From NCBI GenBank assembly GCA_030141605.1, contig JAQGDQ010000388.1, positions 62,001-126,000 of the forward strand: DNA of 64,000 nt. Direction: 5' to 3'. Of the stretch, positions 1-10,581 are shown piece by piece (position 1 is the stretch's first letter; every line of letters begins with the position of its first letter). The stretch comes from Tubiluchus corallicola. Taxonomy: Eukaryota; Animalia; Priapulida. The position numbers and the translations under genes were made by a program. The notes beneath the pieces were generated by a model. The model did not search any database. It worked only from the letters and a program-made list of their open reading frames with translations, and was not told the origin of the DNA.

Positions 1-611
1 TTTTCAAAAAATGTCCTATATTTTTTAGAATAATGTTCTACATTTTTGAAATTTCTAAAAAAAATTTCTGGGCGCCTGTTTGTATATGGGTAACAAATGA
101 AAGGTCTTGATTTAGTGTTGTCGTATGCAGGTTTGTTTCTCGAATCAGTGCCATCGTGAGGAATGGGGAGGGGTTGAGAAATATCCAAAACATTTTTCAC
201 CCATTTTTTACACAAAACTTGTACCTCTTATTTCTAGAAAATGGGAATATGCCACATTTAGGAATATTCGCCGTCAGTTTTTTATAAATATCTAACTTTT
301 CGACACGTGTTCAGAACAACGAAGTGGGCACTTGTGTACAGTGTTCATAGATTTCATTATTGAACATTTCCTTAAAAGTATTTAATCAAAAGTGACGAAT
401 CGTTAAGATGCTTAATTTGGAATTAGCACAGCTGAGCGAGCGGGAATGTGCTAGATGTCATTCCTTATTGTATTTGACAGCAGTAACCTATATTATTTTT
501 AACTGTATGTTTTTTAAATCTATATTCTTGATTAAAACTGGAGAAAATAGTGAAAACTGAAAATAATTGAAATAATGCTCACTGTTTTTAAATGTACGGA
601 CATTTTACCAG

Positions 612-3600
612 ATGTCGCCCAATGGGAAGAAAGTGTGGCAAGGTCAAGCTTTTGAGAACCGGGATACGGGGATGAATGCTATGGTCTACTGTCCTACACA
701 GTGTCTGAAGATTAGGAATATGTTTGAGAAAGATTCGTAAGTATTGTTTAACATGTTTTAGCAGGCAAAAATGACTGAGTATTCATAAGGTGTAATATTA
801 AACACAAAGTTTAAAGACTGCCTCAAAATAATATTTATAAAAAGTTGTTCCTTTTTTATGTTTTATTGTGCATGCAACCCTTGCTACAGATAAGACGCTC
901 ATCTGCATATTTGTGCATTTCTTCTGAGCAAAATTAAAAATTTCTTCAGAAATCAAAGCTGTGGGTAAGAAAATGCTACAAAAATGGCATATACTAGACA
1001 TAAAAATGTAAAAAAGCCAAAAGAAATAAAATATTTTTATTAATTCAAGTCACATTGCAAAAGTTGAAAAGAAAGGTCCAGTGAGCCCCCATGCCTGCCA
1101 TAGTGCTTTCATCTTCCAGCATCTTGTCATTTTAGTGAAATCCTAATACCATTGAGCTGTGCCAACTGTATATGTATTGCCATGCAGCCATGCACTTTGT
1201 TGGCATGTTTTGCAGTAAATGTGAACTCTGTTAATAATAAAGCATCTTTTTTCCTGTTGTGGTCATTGGCTGAGTAATCAGCAAAAAGTTCAGTAACATG
1301 GAAAAGAACAATAGTAATGGGAAAATGTCTGAAAATCTCCAGGGTAAATCAGCACAACCAATAAAATTGTGAGGTAAAAAATTGCAAAAAATTTCGAAGT
1401 ACTGCACTAAAATCTTATTTGAAACTTTGGGTGTAACTGTACTAGCCACTGTAGTAATGAGCAGCTTTGCTTACTGATTGTGTACAATGTCTTGTTTGAA
1501 ATACATAATATATTAATGAGTGGATTTTTAATCTGCATGAAGTATTAAACTGTTACTTGTCATACAGAGAGTGTTGTAAATGCACTAATGCAATTCATAA
1601 ATCGATAGAAAAGTGTACTGAACCTCCTTGGATTCACTCAAGGTAAGGGACTGCATTTGAAAACTAAAAATGAATAGTAAAAGTAAATGAAAAAAGTCAA
1701 AAAGTGGATATTTTTTTAGCTAATTTACTGTCATTTACATTTCAGTGAAACGATGGCGAATTGGGAAGAGTACATTCGTAATGCCATATTAGAGAAATGC
1801 TCACCTTGTAATGAAATTCTACACATTGCTATAGATAAGTCGTCTAGAGAGGTAAATACTGCACATATAATATAACCTAAAAAGGTAAATGTGAAAAAGA
1901 TATTTTGTTTATGACCTAAAAATGGTAAACATGAAAACGATATTGTCTTATTGGGAAAATAAGTGGTGAAAAACTCTTTGTTTAGAACATGACATTTTTT
2001 GTGCTTTGTCAATTTTATGTTTTTATTTTTGTGAACAGCATTCTTGGGTTCAGTTCTAGCTACTGGAAATTTTTCCCCATCTTTTTGTACCACCGAGAAG
2101 AATATGTTCTGTGATAATATGAAGGTTTAAGAACAGGTTGATAATGACACAATTCTTCGCCAGGTTATACAACTCGCTGATTACAATATAATGCGAGCAT
2201 TTTTCTAACGTGCATCATTTCTGGTTGGATGCATATCTAATTACCATTGCTATAACTCCAACAGTATTACTATCCTTGACAGTTCACAAAAAAGCATGTA
2301 TGCGGTTGGATGCGTATCTAATTACCATTGCTATAACTCCAACAGTATTACTATCCTTGACAGTTCACAAAAAAGCATGTATGCGGTTGGATGCGTATCT
2401 AATTACCATTGCTATGACTCCAACAGTATTACTATCCTTGACAGTTCACAGAAAAGCATGTATGCGGTTGGATGCGTATCTAATTACCATTGCTATGACT
2501 CCAACAGTATTACTATCCTTGACTGTTCACAGAAAAGCATGTATGCGGTTGGATGCGTATCTAATTACCATTGCTATGACTCCAACAGTATTACTATCCT
2601 TGACTGTTCACAGAAAAGCATGTATGCGGTTGGATGCGTATCTAATTACCATTGCTATAACTCCAACAGTATTACTATCCTTGACAGTTCACAAAAAAGC
2701 ATGTATGCGGTTGGATGCGTATCTAATTACCATTGCTATGACTCCAACAGTATTACTATCCTTGACCCCCATCTCCTAATTTCCATGACTACTGAAAATT
2801 AGATAAAGTTTGGAAGAGAAGCAACTAGTGAACTTAATGTATTCTGCTATATAAGAAGCCAAGTAGATTTGATGTTGGTTTAACATGTAGAGTATAGGTG
2901 ACCTTTGCATGAATTAATGTACCTTCCAATAGGAACTTGTATGTCTGGTCATGTGATTAGAGCTTTATTCTCCCAGGCATGCAAGTTCCAGTTGGTCTTG
3001 AGACAGCATTTGGAGAGGTTGAAAGTTTTCTACTGTAGTGGTATCATAATGTGTCATAAAAGTTTATAATCTGTGAACATTGTACATTTTGCAATAAAAT
3101 TGTTACAAGTTTTTTAACATCTGGTGCCGAAACCCGGGAGGTTCTGAGGAACTGGAATTGGTTTAGATACACAGTACACAAAGTGCCACATTTTGGAACT
3201 GGAATTGGTTTAGATACACAGTGCATAAAGTGCCACATTTTGGAACTGGAATTGGTTTAGATACAGTGCATTAAGTGCTACGTTTTGGAACTGGAATTGG
3301 TTTACATGCACAATGCACTGAGTGCTGTACTTAAAATTATTTCTTGCACTCACCTGCATTCCATACAGTATTACTAGGAACTGGAAATGTTTTGAATGCA
3401 CAGTGCATTAAGTGCTGCATTTAAGAAATAATTTCTTGCACTTACCTGCATTCCATACAGTATGACTAGGAACTGGAAATGGTTTGAATGCACAGTGCAT
3501 TAAGTGCTGCATTTAAGAAATAATTTCTTGCACTTACCTGCATTCCATACAGTATGACTAGGAACTGGAAATGGTTTGAATGCACAGTACATTAAGTGCT

Positions 3601-6600
3601 GCATTTAAGAAATAATTTCTTGCACTTACCTGCATTCGTTACAGCATGACAGATCAACTCAAATCTTCACAAGCTCAAATTCTTCATGCACCGGAGGGCG
3701 TTTCTGATACCGAAATACGTACCTATGTAACTGGGACGATACCGATGTCACGTCTAGAATTGATGGATCTTACGCAAAGGGAATTGAAAGATCTCTTACG
3801 AGACAAGGGTCTACCAGCCTACGGTACAAAAGCTGAGCTGGTTCGCAGAATACTGGAACACAGAGAGCAAAATGCCCGTGCCAGCCCAAACGTGATGGAG
3901 GAGGAACCGGAGACGTCAGCTGCAATGTCGAAGCCTGATTGTGATGAGGAGCCAGGAGAGAGTGAAGAGGATGAAGCATATCCACTGGTTCCACTGCTAG
4001 AAAAACCCAACATAGAGCTGCCCCTGGAGATTGATCAGGAGATTGAGATGTTCCTGCAGAAAATCAGAATACACAACCACAGATTTACTGAGATGCGGTA
4101 TGACATGATTAGGTTTAGTAATTCTTTGTATGATTTGTTATGCTTTGAAAATATTGAAACTTTGATTGACAAAGCAAACAATTACCTTTCTGATTATACA
4201 GATACCGTACAGGAGTTAATTGAGACTTATGGAAAATTGATAGATTGTTATTATCGTTGTAATAATGACACCATGGCAGATGCAACCAGTGAATTAATTA
4301 ATTCTAGGGCAGTTTTGAAACAAGATTTGTTAGGCTTACCAAAATTGCTACTACAGAAATTTAAAAGCAAAGGTAATTTTGAACTTAATCAGCAGAATTT
4401 GATTATACCTGCCCTAGAGCCTGTACATCAACCAGCAAGTACTACAAAAGCTTCTGGTGTGTTTGTTTCAAAAATCAAAAACACAGGCAATGCTGCCTTT
4501 GCTGGACAGGCAGGTACTAAAGCATATGGCAGTAATGTTTATAATGCTCACGATGATCAGAATTACCCCCCTTCATCAGTTTTCAATACAATGATGCAAA
4601 CCATGGATATGATTGCATCACGTCTTGAACGTCTTGAATCACGTGATCATCACATGGCAGACACTAATCCAAAACCTAAACACAGTGTTATGGATAATAC
4701 ATTGCATGAGTCTGTCATTGCTCAAACTTCTAAAGTACAACCTTCACGTTTAGCAAGTATGTATGCTTCCCCAGTACAAGCATGTCATGCTTCACAGGCA
4801 TCTAATGAAAGTGATTCTGATGCCTACTTTAGAAATTCAAGATTACCCAAGTTTCAATTACCCACTTTTTCGGGTGATGGTGATGATTTTCAGGGTTTCT
4901 GGTCAATTTTTCATGATGAGATTCACACACGTGCTGATCTGAAAGAAATGAAAAAATTGAATTACCTAAAAATGTCTTTAAAGGGTGTTCCGCTAGAAAT
5001 TGTGAAATCCTACCCAGCCATACCCGAAAGTTATCAGCAGGCAGTCAATCATTTGGTAAAGCGGTTTCTAAAGAAAGATGATTTGATAGATAGAAACTTA
5101 GACTTGCTTGAAAATTTAGAAACAGTTGCACCAAATGCTACAAACCTTCGAAAGTTTCTTGACAAAATTGAGTCAATACTGAGAACTTTGGCCATGTTGG
5201 GGTATGAGGAAGAGCATTACATAGTCAGACAAATTACCAGGCGTCTTCCAGCTAACATAAACAATGAATTGCGTAGAATGTGCTCTGGTATGACCCATGG
5301 TTCAAGGTGGAAACTAGATGATTTGATCAGAACCATGGAGTGGTATGTTGAAGACATTGAAGCAATTCAAAAGGATAAGAATTCAGTGCCCATACCTACT
5401 GAAAAACCCATAAGCAAACCTTCATACAAAAATGGTAAATTGGGTTTTGCAGGTCGACGACCAAACTACCAGCATGAATCTGTACTAAGTAATACTGAAC
5501 AACAGATTGCATTACAAAGTGAAGGTATTGGGCATCCTGGGTTATCAAGTCTACCACTTAACAAGGGCTCTAATAAACCTAAAGTGAACAAAGGTAAACC
5601 CAAATCAAACAAACCTGTTGGGTCTTCATCGGGATTCAAGAAATTCCCATGTTTCTTGTGTGGTAAGACTGGCCATCCGAGCAGGTACTGTCACGAGTTG
5701 TCAATTTCTGAAAAGAAAGCCATACTGAAAATGCAAAATAGATGTATGATATGCATGTCAAAAACTCATACTGAAGATACCTGCACTAAACAATGTGTTG
5801 TTTGTTTGGGTCGTCATAACCTCACTTTGTGTGAAAAGGCTGCATTTAACAAACGGCCCAACCCACAATGCGTTGAAATTAGTGCAGTGCCCAAGCAAAG
5901 CCATCTCACTAATGAGTCTATGCTGTTGAACTCAAAACCAAATTCAAAAACCACAATCATGCAGACAGTATTATGTTATGCATTCAACCCTCAAACATTG
6001 ATGAAAAGGGAACGAAAACTTCAAGATGGTGTAAGAATCAGAGGGTTTTTAGATACTGGTAGTCACACTAGCTACATAACAAAGTCACTAGCAGACCGAC
6101 TTGATTTGCCATTGAGCAATAAATCCACTGTTATGTTATCTACATTTGCTAATCCTGAGCCAAAACGAATTGAGTGCTATGATAGTGTAATAACTTTAAA
6201 CGGTGGTCCTACCTCTTGCCAATTAGAATTAGATGTAAGGGTTGTACCATTTATTGCTCAATATTCTCGAAGGCCTAGTCTCCCTTCTGACATTTATTCT
6301 AAGTTAAAGTGTTGGGAAGGTCTCATGGCCGATGTCCTACCAGGTACCCATTCTTCTGATGATGACCTGAAAGAGCAAATTGAACTCTTAATTGGAAATG
6401 ATCATTACTTCAGAGTATTGGGTGCTGAGAAGAGGAAATTAGGACCTGACATTTTTATGTTTGCTAGTTGTCTTGGTTACATTATTGGTGGCACAGTTCA
6501 GAAAAAATCCATTGATGCTGAAAATGAAAATGTCACATGTAACACAGCATTATTGTCATTTCAGCCTGGTTTTGACACTTCAATGAATTTGATCATTGAC

Positions 6601-9600
6601 AACTCGTCTAGTTTAGATGTTACTAAACCTGAAGTGCACTTGTCATGCATCGACATTGTTGCCAATTATGATGATAAGACAGAGCGTAGTTATCAGTTAG
6701 AGCGATTCTGGTCCCTGGATTCTTTAGGAATTCAGGATTCACCAACAGTTGATGATGATGAGATGGCTGTAAGAAAATTTGAAAACTCAGTAGAGTTTAG
6801 AGATGGCCGTTACATGGTAGAGTCTGAAATGCCCAATACAAAGGAAGTCTTCTTTGAAACATCGTGTGTAGCCAATGCCATAGCCTGCAAACAAAAAATT
6901 GGCAATGTGATTAACATCAATGATTACTCATCGTTAGACAGACTTCTAATAGTCACTGCCTTTGTACTCAGAATTTTGCAAGTAAATTGTACATTACAAA
7001 GAGGGCCTAAGATTGAGCACAAATCTCGTTACCATACAGGAGACAACACAGGCTTTGAAACTGTGGATCAGATGGATACAGTTTACTTACCTTGATTTTG
7101 TTCAGCAAAAATTGCAAAGGGCCTCTTCTAATGTCACCTTCTTTATGAATGATGCTGGTCTAATTGCTTGCAAAACAAGATTTCAGAATAAGCACAGTTT
7201 ATTAACATCACAACCACTATTACTACCAAATTGTAAACTTGTAGAACTAATTGTACAACATAAACACAAAGTTTATTGCCATGTTGGCATATCACAGGTT
7301 TTGACAATTTTCCGCATTAACTATTGGGTGCCTAATGGGCGCAATATCATAAGAGCTATCTTAAGAAAATGTTTAACATGTAGAAGATATGAAGGTGGTC
7401 CTTATTGCTCACCTCCATTTAAACAGTTACCTGATGAGCGTCTGGTACCCTCTTGTCCCTACTCTTATGTGGGAGTAGATTATATGGGGCCTATTTTGTA
7501 TAAGAGTGGTACTTCTAAAACCAAGAACTTGACAAAAAAGTCTTGGATAGTGTTGTTCGACTGCTTGACAACTAGGGCAGTTCATTTAGCTCTAGTTACA
7601 GACATGACAGCAGAATCTCTAATACTAGTCTTGAGAAGGTTCATAGCTCGCTATGGCTGTCCTAAAAAAATGTATTCAGATAATGCACCCACCTTCAAGC
7701 TAGTTCGAAATACCATGGATGCTCATTTCAATTCTGTATTGCATAGCAAGTTGTGCCAAGAATTTGCTACTAAATCTGGTTTTTCATGGTCTTTCATTAT
7801 CCCCAAAGCATCACATCAAGGGGGTCATTATGAAAGACTTGTCGGTCTGGTAAAACGCACTCTCAGAAAAACAACATTGTGCAAACCTCTTCCTTATGAT
7901 ATACTGGTGACTGTACTAGAAGAGATCCAGTACATCATAAACTCCAGACCATTCTGTTATGTTGACTCATCCACGTTAGAAGCATTGTCGCCAAATTCCT
8001 TTCTCATGCCTACTGGACATCGTCCACCTGGCATCCAAGACCTTGAAAGTAATGTGTGCAATGACCCAGATTTCCAACCAACGATAAAAACCTTAATTGA
8101 GAATTGGAAAAATGGTCAAAAACAAGTTAAACAATTTTGGAAACGGTGGCAAACTGAATACCTTGGAGACTTGCGTGCAAGAACCCAGTCAGAGCTGGTA
8201 ACTAAAAGGGGTGCACTCAAACAAATTCCAAAAATTAATGATGTTGTTCTAATTAAGGAAGAAAATCACCCAAGAGGGAGATGGAAATTAGGCCGAATTT
8301 CTCGGTTGTTAGGCAGTAGTGATGGGGAAGTACGAGGTGCTGAAGTGGTACTGGCTAATGGAAACTCATTGCAAAGACCCGTACATCATTTGTATCCTAT
8401 CACTCAGGCAGCATCTGACCAACCTCTTACTTGCAAGTCTCCAATGCTCGTCAAACGTATGTTAACTAAACGAGAATCAGCTGCCAAAGCAAGAAAAATT
8501 ATCAAAGGTCTGATTGATAATGATAAGGTTTAAGTAATTATCTTACCTCACGCTGTATAATTACATTCACATCTTTCTGGTTGTACACCAGCGTCCAGAA
8601 CAATGCAACCCATAAAGTTTTTATGAGTTGCGTACTAGTATTATTGTTATATCTATGACTTGCGCATTAATATTACTGTTAAATTTTTAATGATTTTGAA
8701 GGGATAATTAAACTACATGGCCTTTAGGAAATGGCACTCGCAGTAGCCCATAGCACTGTTAGACCCTTCCTCAGTTTTTATTAATTTTGTTACATTGTTT
8801 AGTTTTGTTTTGAAATTGATTACATGATTACTAGTTGCTGATTACATTGATTATTAGACGACTTTAAATGTATTGTCGGTTTTGTAGTGCCAATTAACAA
8901 AATCTGATTTTGATAATGTATAATGGTAATTTTTTCTCTGATGTTGTATTGTATGTATTGATGTAGCTTTGTGATCCATGACATGACATTTTGTGTTTGC
9001 TCTGTAGCTAATGACTTTTTCCATTTTCCTTTTTTTTCTCTGTTGGCGCAGTGTCGCTTATTGTACGCGATTGTATTATTATGTAATCTATTTAATTGTC
9101 AGTTTTCTACAAATGTTTCTTAGCTGCAGCCTCAATATGCCTCCCCATCTCCTAATTTCCATGACTACTGAAAATTAGATAAAGTTTGGAAGAGAAGCAA
9201 CTAGTGAACTTAATGTATTCTGCTATATAAGAAGCCAAGTAGGTTTAACATGTAGAGTAGAGGTGACCTTTGCATGAATTAATGTACCTTCCAATAGGAA
9301 CTTGTATGTCTGGTCATGTGATTAGAGCTTTATTCTCCCAGGCATGCAAGTTCCAGTTGGTCTTGAGACAGCATTTGGAGAGGTTGAAAGTTTTCTACTG
9401 TAGTGGTATCATAATGTGTCATAAAAGTTTATAATCTGTGAACATTGTACATTTTGCAATAAAATTGTTACAAGTTTTTTAACATCCATGTTTACATCAT
9501 TTTTTACATCCATCATACATGTTTTAACAGTTCACAAAAAAGCATGTATGCGGTTGGATGCGTATCTAATTACCATTGCTATAACTCCAACAGTATTACT

Positions 9601-10581
9601 ATCCTTGACAGTTCACAAAAAAGCATGTATGCGGTTGGATGCGTATCTAATTACCATTGCTATAACTCCAACAGTATTACTATCCTTGACAGTTCACAAA
9701 AAAGCATGTATGCGGTTGGATGCGTATCTAATTACCATTGCTATAACTCCAACAGTATTACTATCCTTGACTGTTCATAGAAAAGCATGTATATCTAGTT
9801 GCTTATTATTTTTTCAGGGTTGTGTCTATATCAAATGTACCAGACCAGAAGCGGCTGGACGAGTTTACAAGTCTTTGCATGGCTGGTGGTTTGATGGTAA
9901 GATACCTGCATGTGCTGCCCTCTAATAATAATAAATTTATTTGGAAATGCAAATACAATATCTAGAAGCACTGAGAAAAATAGATATTAATAATAATAAT
10001 ATAATTTTGATGTAGCAAAATGCATATAATAAATGGCAAGAACCAGAGGTACGTGCTTGCACATTTTACACCTTTGCCAGCGCCATTGACCAGCAACATC
10101 AATAACTCCAATGTAGACAAGGTCCAGTTTGTAATGTCCATGTTTTAGTATTGTAATGCTTGGTTATTGCGGAGAAAGGGCAATTATCACATGTATAGTA
10201 TTTTCAGCCGTGGAATTGAGCCTATAACCTCTTGAACCTAACTGAATAGCCTTTCTGCCATCACTTGAAATACAAACTGGTTAATGTTAGTTAACTCTCT
10301 GTTATCCAAACTCTGTTAACTCACTTTGAGATGTGTATTATTAACCCAAGATTTTTCAATTGCTTTTAGCAGTTTCTGCAAAACAGCTTGTTTGCAGTTT
10401 TTTATATCAGCATTCTACCTTGATTACAGGTAAACTGGTCACGGTGAAATATTTGCGGGTGGAGCGCTACCATGAGCGGTTTCCAGAATCGCGTGATGCC
10501 CACGAACCACTACGGCCTTCCAACGATCAGTGCTTGTCTTTGTCCGAACCATTCTACAAAAGCACGTTGGAGATCACGTGA
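612..10581 (+). CDS. LEMD3: Inner nuclear membrane protein MAN1 (LEMD3/LEMD2 family), last 4 coding exons encoding the C-terminal UHM/RRM domain; 5' part lies upstream of the window
   Basis: Exons 612-736, 1746-1851, 9818-9896 and 10430-10581, all with AG/GT boundaries and consistent phases. They join to ..[24 protein letters not shown]|[35 protein letters not shown]|[26 protein letters not shown]|[19 protein letters not shown]. This matches the recalled MAN1 C-terminus ([50 protein letters not shown]). Confidence 0.95.
2223..2766. repeat. 81-bp minisatellite, left part (~6.7 copies)
   Basis: Unit GGTTGGATGCGTATCTAATTACCATTGCTATAACTCCAACAGTATTACTATCCTTGACAGTTCACAAAAAAGCATGTATGC recurs at 2223, 2304 and onward; copies are near-identical. 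Confidence 0.97.
2767..3119 (+). repeat. 5' LTR (5'-truncated by ~90 bp)
   Basis: Matches 9143-9484 except an 11-bp indel (ATTTGATGTTG) and one substitution seen by eye; TATATAA at 2848, AATAAA at 3093, ends in CA. Confidence 0.93.
3122..3139 (+). promoter_or_regulatory. Primer-binding site complementary to the 3' end of tRNA-Phe
   Basis: TGGTGCCGAAACCCGGGA, 2 nt after the LTR end, is the reverse complement of the eukaryotic tRNA-Phe 3' end (..UCCCGGGUUUCGGCACCA). Confidence 0.9.
3148..3640 (+). repeat. Tandem repeats in the retrotransposon 5' leader (~47-bp units, then ~92-bp units)
   Basis: GGAACTGGAA motif at 3148, 3195, 3242, 3287, 3377, 3469 and 3561. Confidence 0.9.
3646..7095 (+). 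CDS. BEL/Pao Gag-protease polyprotein with N-terminal SAP-like domain; RT/RNase H deleted
   Basis: 1149-aa ORF containing SAP-like [32 protein letters not shown]1759-like [31 protein letters not shown], knuckles [14 protein letters not shown] / [14 protein letters not shown] / [13 protein letters not shown], protease [17 protein letters not shown], and [18 protein letters not shown]. Confidence 0.92.
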   Translation: MTDQLKSSQAQILHAPEGVSDTEIRTYVTGTIPMSRLELMDLTQRELKDLLRDKGLPAYGTKAELVRRILEHREQNARASPNVMEEEPETSAAMSKPDCDEEPGESEEDEAYPLVPLLEKPNIELPLEIDQEIEMFLQKIRIHNHRFTEMRYDMIRFSNSLYDLLCFENIETLIDKANNYLSDYTDTVQELIETYGKLIDCYYRCNNDTMADATSELINSRAVLKQDLLGLPKLLLQKFKSKGNFELNQQNLIIPALEPVHQPASTTKASGVFVSKIKNTGNAAFAGQAGTKAYGSNVYNAHDDQNYPPSSVFNTMMQTMDMIASRLERLESRDHHMADTNPKPKHSVMDNTLHESVIAQTSKVQPSRLASMYASPVQACHASQASNESDSDAYFRNSRLPKFQLPTFSGDGDDFQGFWSIFHDEIHTRADLKEMKKLNYLKMSLKGVPLEIVKSYPAIPESYQQAVNHLVKRFLKKDDLIDRNLDLLENLETVAPNATNLRKFLDKIESILRTLAMLGYEEEHYIVRQITRRLPANINNELRRMCSGMTHGSRWKLDDLIRTMEWYVEDIEAIQKDKNSVPIPTEKPISKPSYKNGKLGFAGRRPNYQHESVLSNTEQQIALQSEGIGHPGLSSLPLNKGSNKPKVNKGKPKSNKPVGSSSGFKKFPCFLCGKTGHPSRYCHELSISEKKAILKMQNRCMICMSKTHTEDTCTKQCVVCLGRHNLTLCEKAAFNKRPNPQCVEISAVPKQSHLTNESMLLNSKPNSKTTIMQTVLCYAFNPQTLMKRERKLQDGVRIRGFLDTGSHTSYITKSLADRLDLPLSNKSTVMLSTFANPEPKRIECYDSVITLNGGPTSCQLELDVRVVPFIAQYSRRPSLPSDIYSKLKCWEGLMADVLPGTHSSDDDLKEQIELLIGNDHYFRVLGAEKRKLGPDIFMFASCLGYIIGGTVQKKSIDAENENVTCNTALLSFQPGFDTSMNLIIDNSSSLDVTKPEVHLSCIDIVANYDDKTERSYQLERFWSLDSLGIQDSPTVDDDEMAVRKFENSVEFRDGRYMVESEMPNTKEVFFETSCVANAIACKQKIGNVININDYSSLDRLLIVTAFVLRILQVNCTLQRGPKIEHKSRYHTGDNTGFETVDQMDTVYLP
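7013..8533 (+). CDS. BEL/Pao integrase (HHCC zinc finger, DDE core, DUF5641-like C-terminus), in the +1 frame relative to the Gag ORF
   Basis: [53 protein letters not shown]. The ORF starts at TTG and overlaps the end of ORF1. Confidence 0.93.
   Translation: MSTNLVTIQETTQALKLWIRWIQFTYLDFVQQKLQRASSNVTFFMNDAGLIACKTRFQNKHSLLTSQPLLLPNCKLVELIVQHKHKVYCHVGISQVLTIFRINYWVPNGRNIIRAILRKCLTCRRYEGGPYCSPPFKQLPDERLVPSCPYSYVGVDYMGPILYKSGTSKTKNLTKKSWIVLFDCLTTRAVHLALVTDMTAESLILVLRRFIARYGCPKKMYSDNAPTFKLVRNTMDAHFNSVLHSKLCQEFATKSGFSWSFIIPKASHQGGHYERLVGLVKRTLRKTTLCKPLPYDILVTVLEEIQYIINSRPFCYVDSSTLEALSPNSFLMPTGHRPPGIQDLESNVCNDPDFQPTIKTLIENWKNGQKQVKQFWKRWQTEYLGDLRARTQSELVTKRGALKQIPKINDVVLIKEENHPRGRWKLGRISRLLGSSDGEVRGAEVVLANGNSLQRPVHHLYPITQAASDQPLTCKSPMLVKRMLTKRESAAKARKIIKGLIDNDKV
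9052..9484 (+). repeat. 3' LTR
   Basis: Begins TGTCGC (start inferred; TGTTGG at 9041 is an alternative), ends AACA; AATAAA at 9458; 9143-9484 duplicates the 5' LTR. Confidence 0.85.
9527..9792. repeat. 81-bp minisatellite, right part (~3.3 copies)
   Basis: Same unit as 2223-2766; ends about 25 bp before the MAN1 acceptor at 9818. Confidence 0.97.

Larger units (their letters stand above)
2767..9484 (+). mobile_element. BEL/Pao LTR retrotransposon, non-autonomous (RT and RNase H missing), in a MAN1 intron, same strand as host
   Basis: Direct LTRs 2767-3119 and ~9052-9484 ending in ..AACA; PBS after the 5' LTR; Gag with three Cys/His knuckles; DTG protease; BEL-type integrase with its C-terminal extension. 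Confidence 0.95.

Noticed and set aside
1-78. Possible hAT MITE end (reverse complement CAGGCGCCCAG)
   Set aside because: The other end and the TSD lie outside the window.
2210-2802. Repetitive ORFs or CRISPR-like appearance of the 81-bp array (also 9488-9780)
   Set aside because: Units are wholly near-identical with no unique spacers and no cas genes; the context is a eukaryotic intron; the ORFs arise only because 81 is divisible by 3.
3760-3861. Link between the SAP/HEH motif in Gag and the host LEM-domain gene
   Set aside because: Fold similarity only; no sequence evidence of capture from this host gene, so probably coincidence.
10200-10265. tRNA-SINE-like B-box remnants (also ~18320 and ~49270)
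   Set aside because: Too short and degenerate to support a call.
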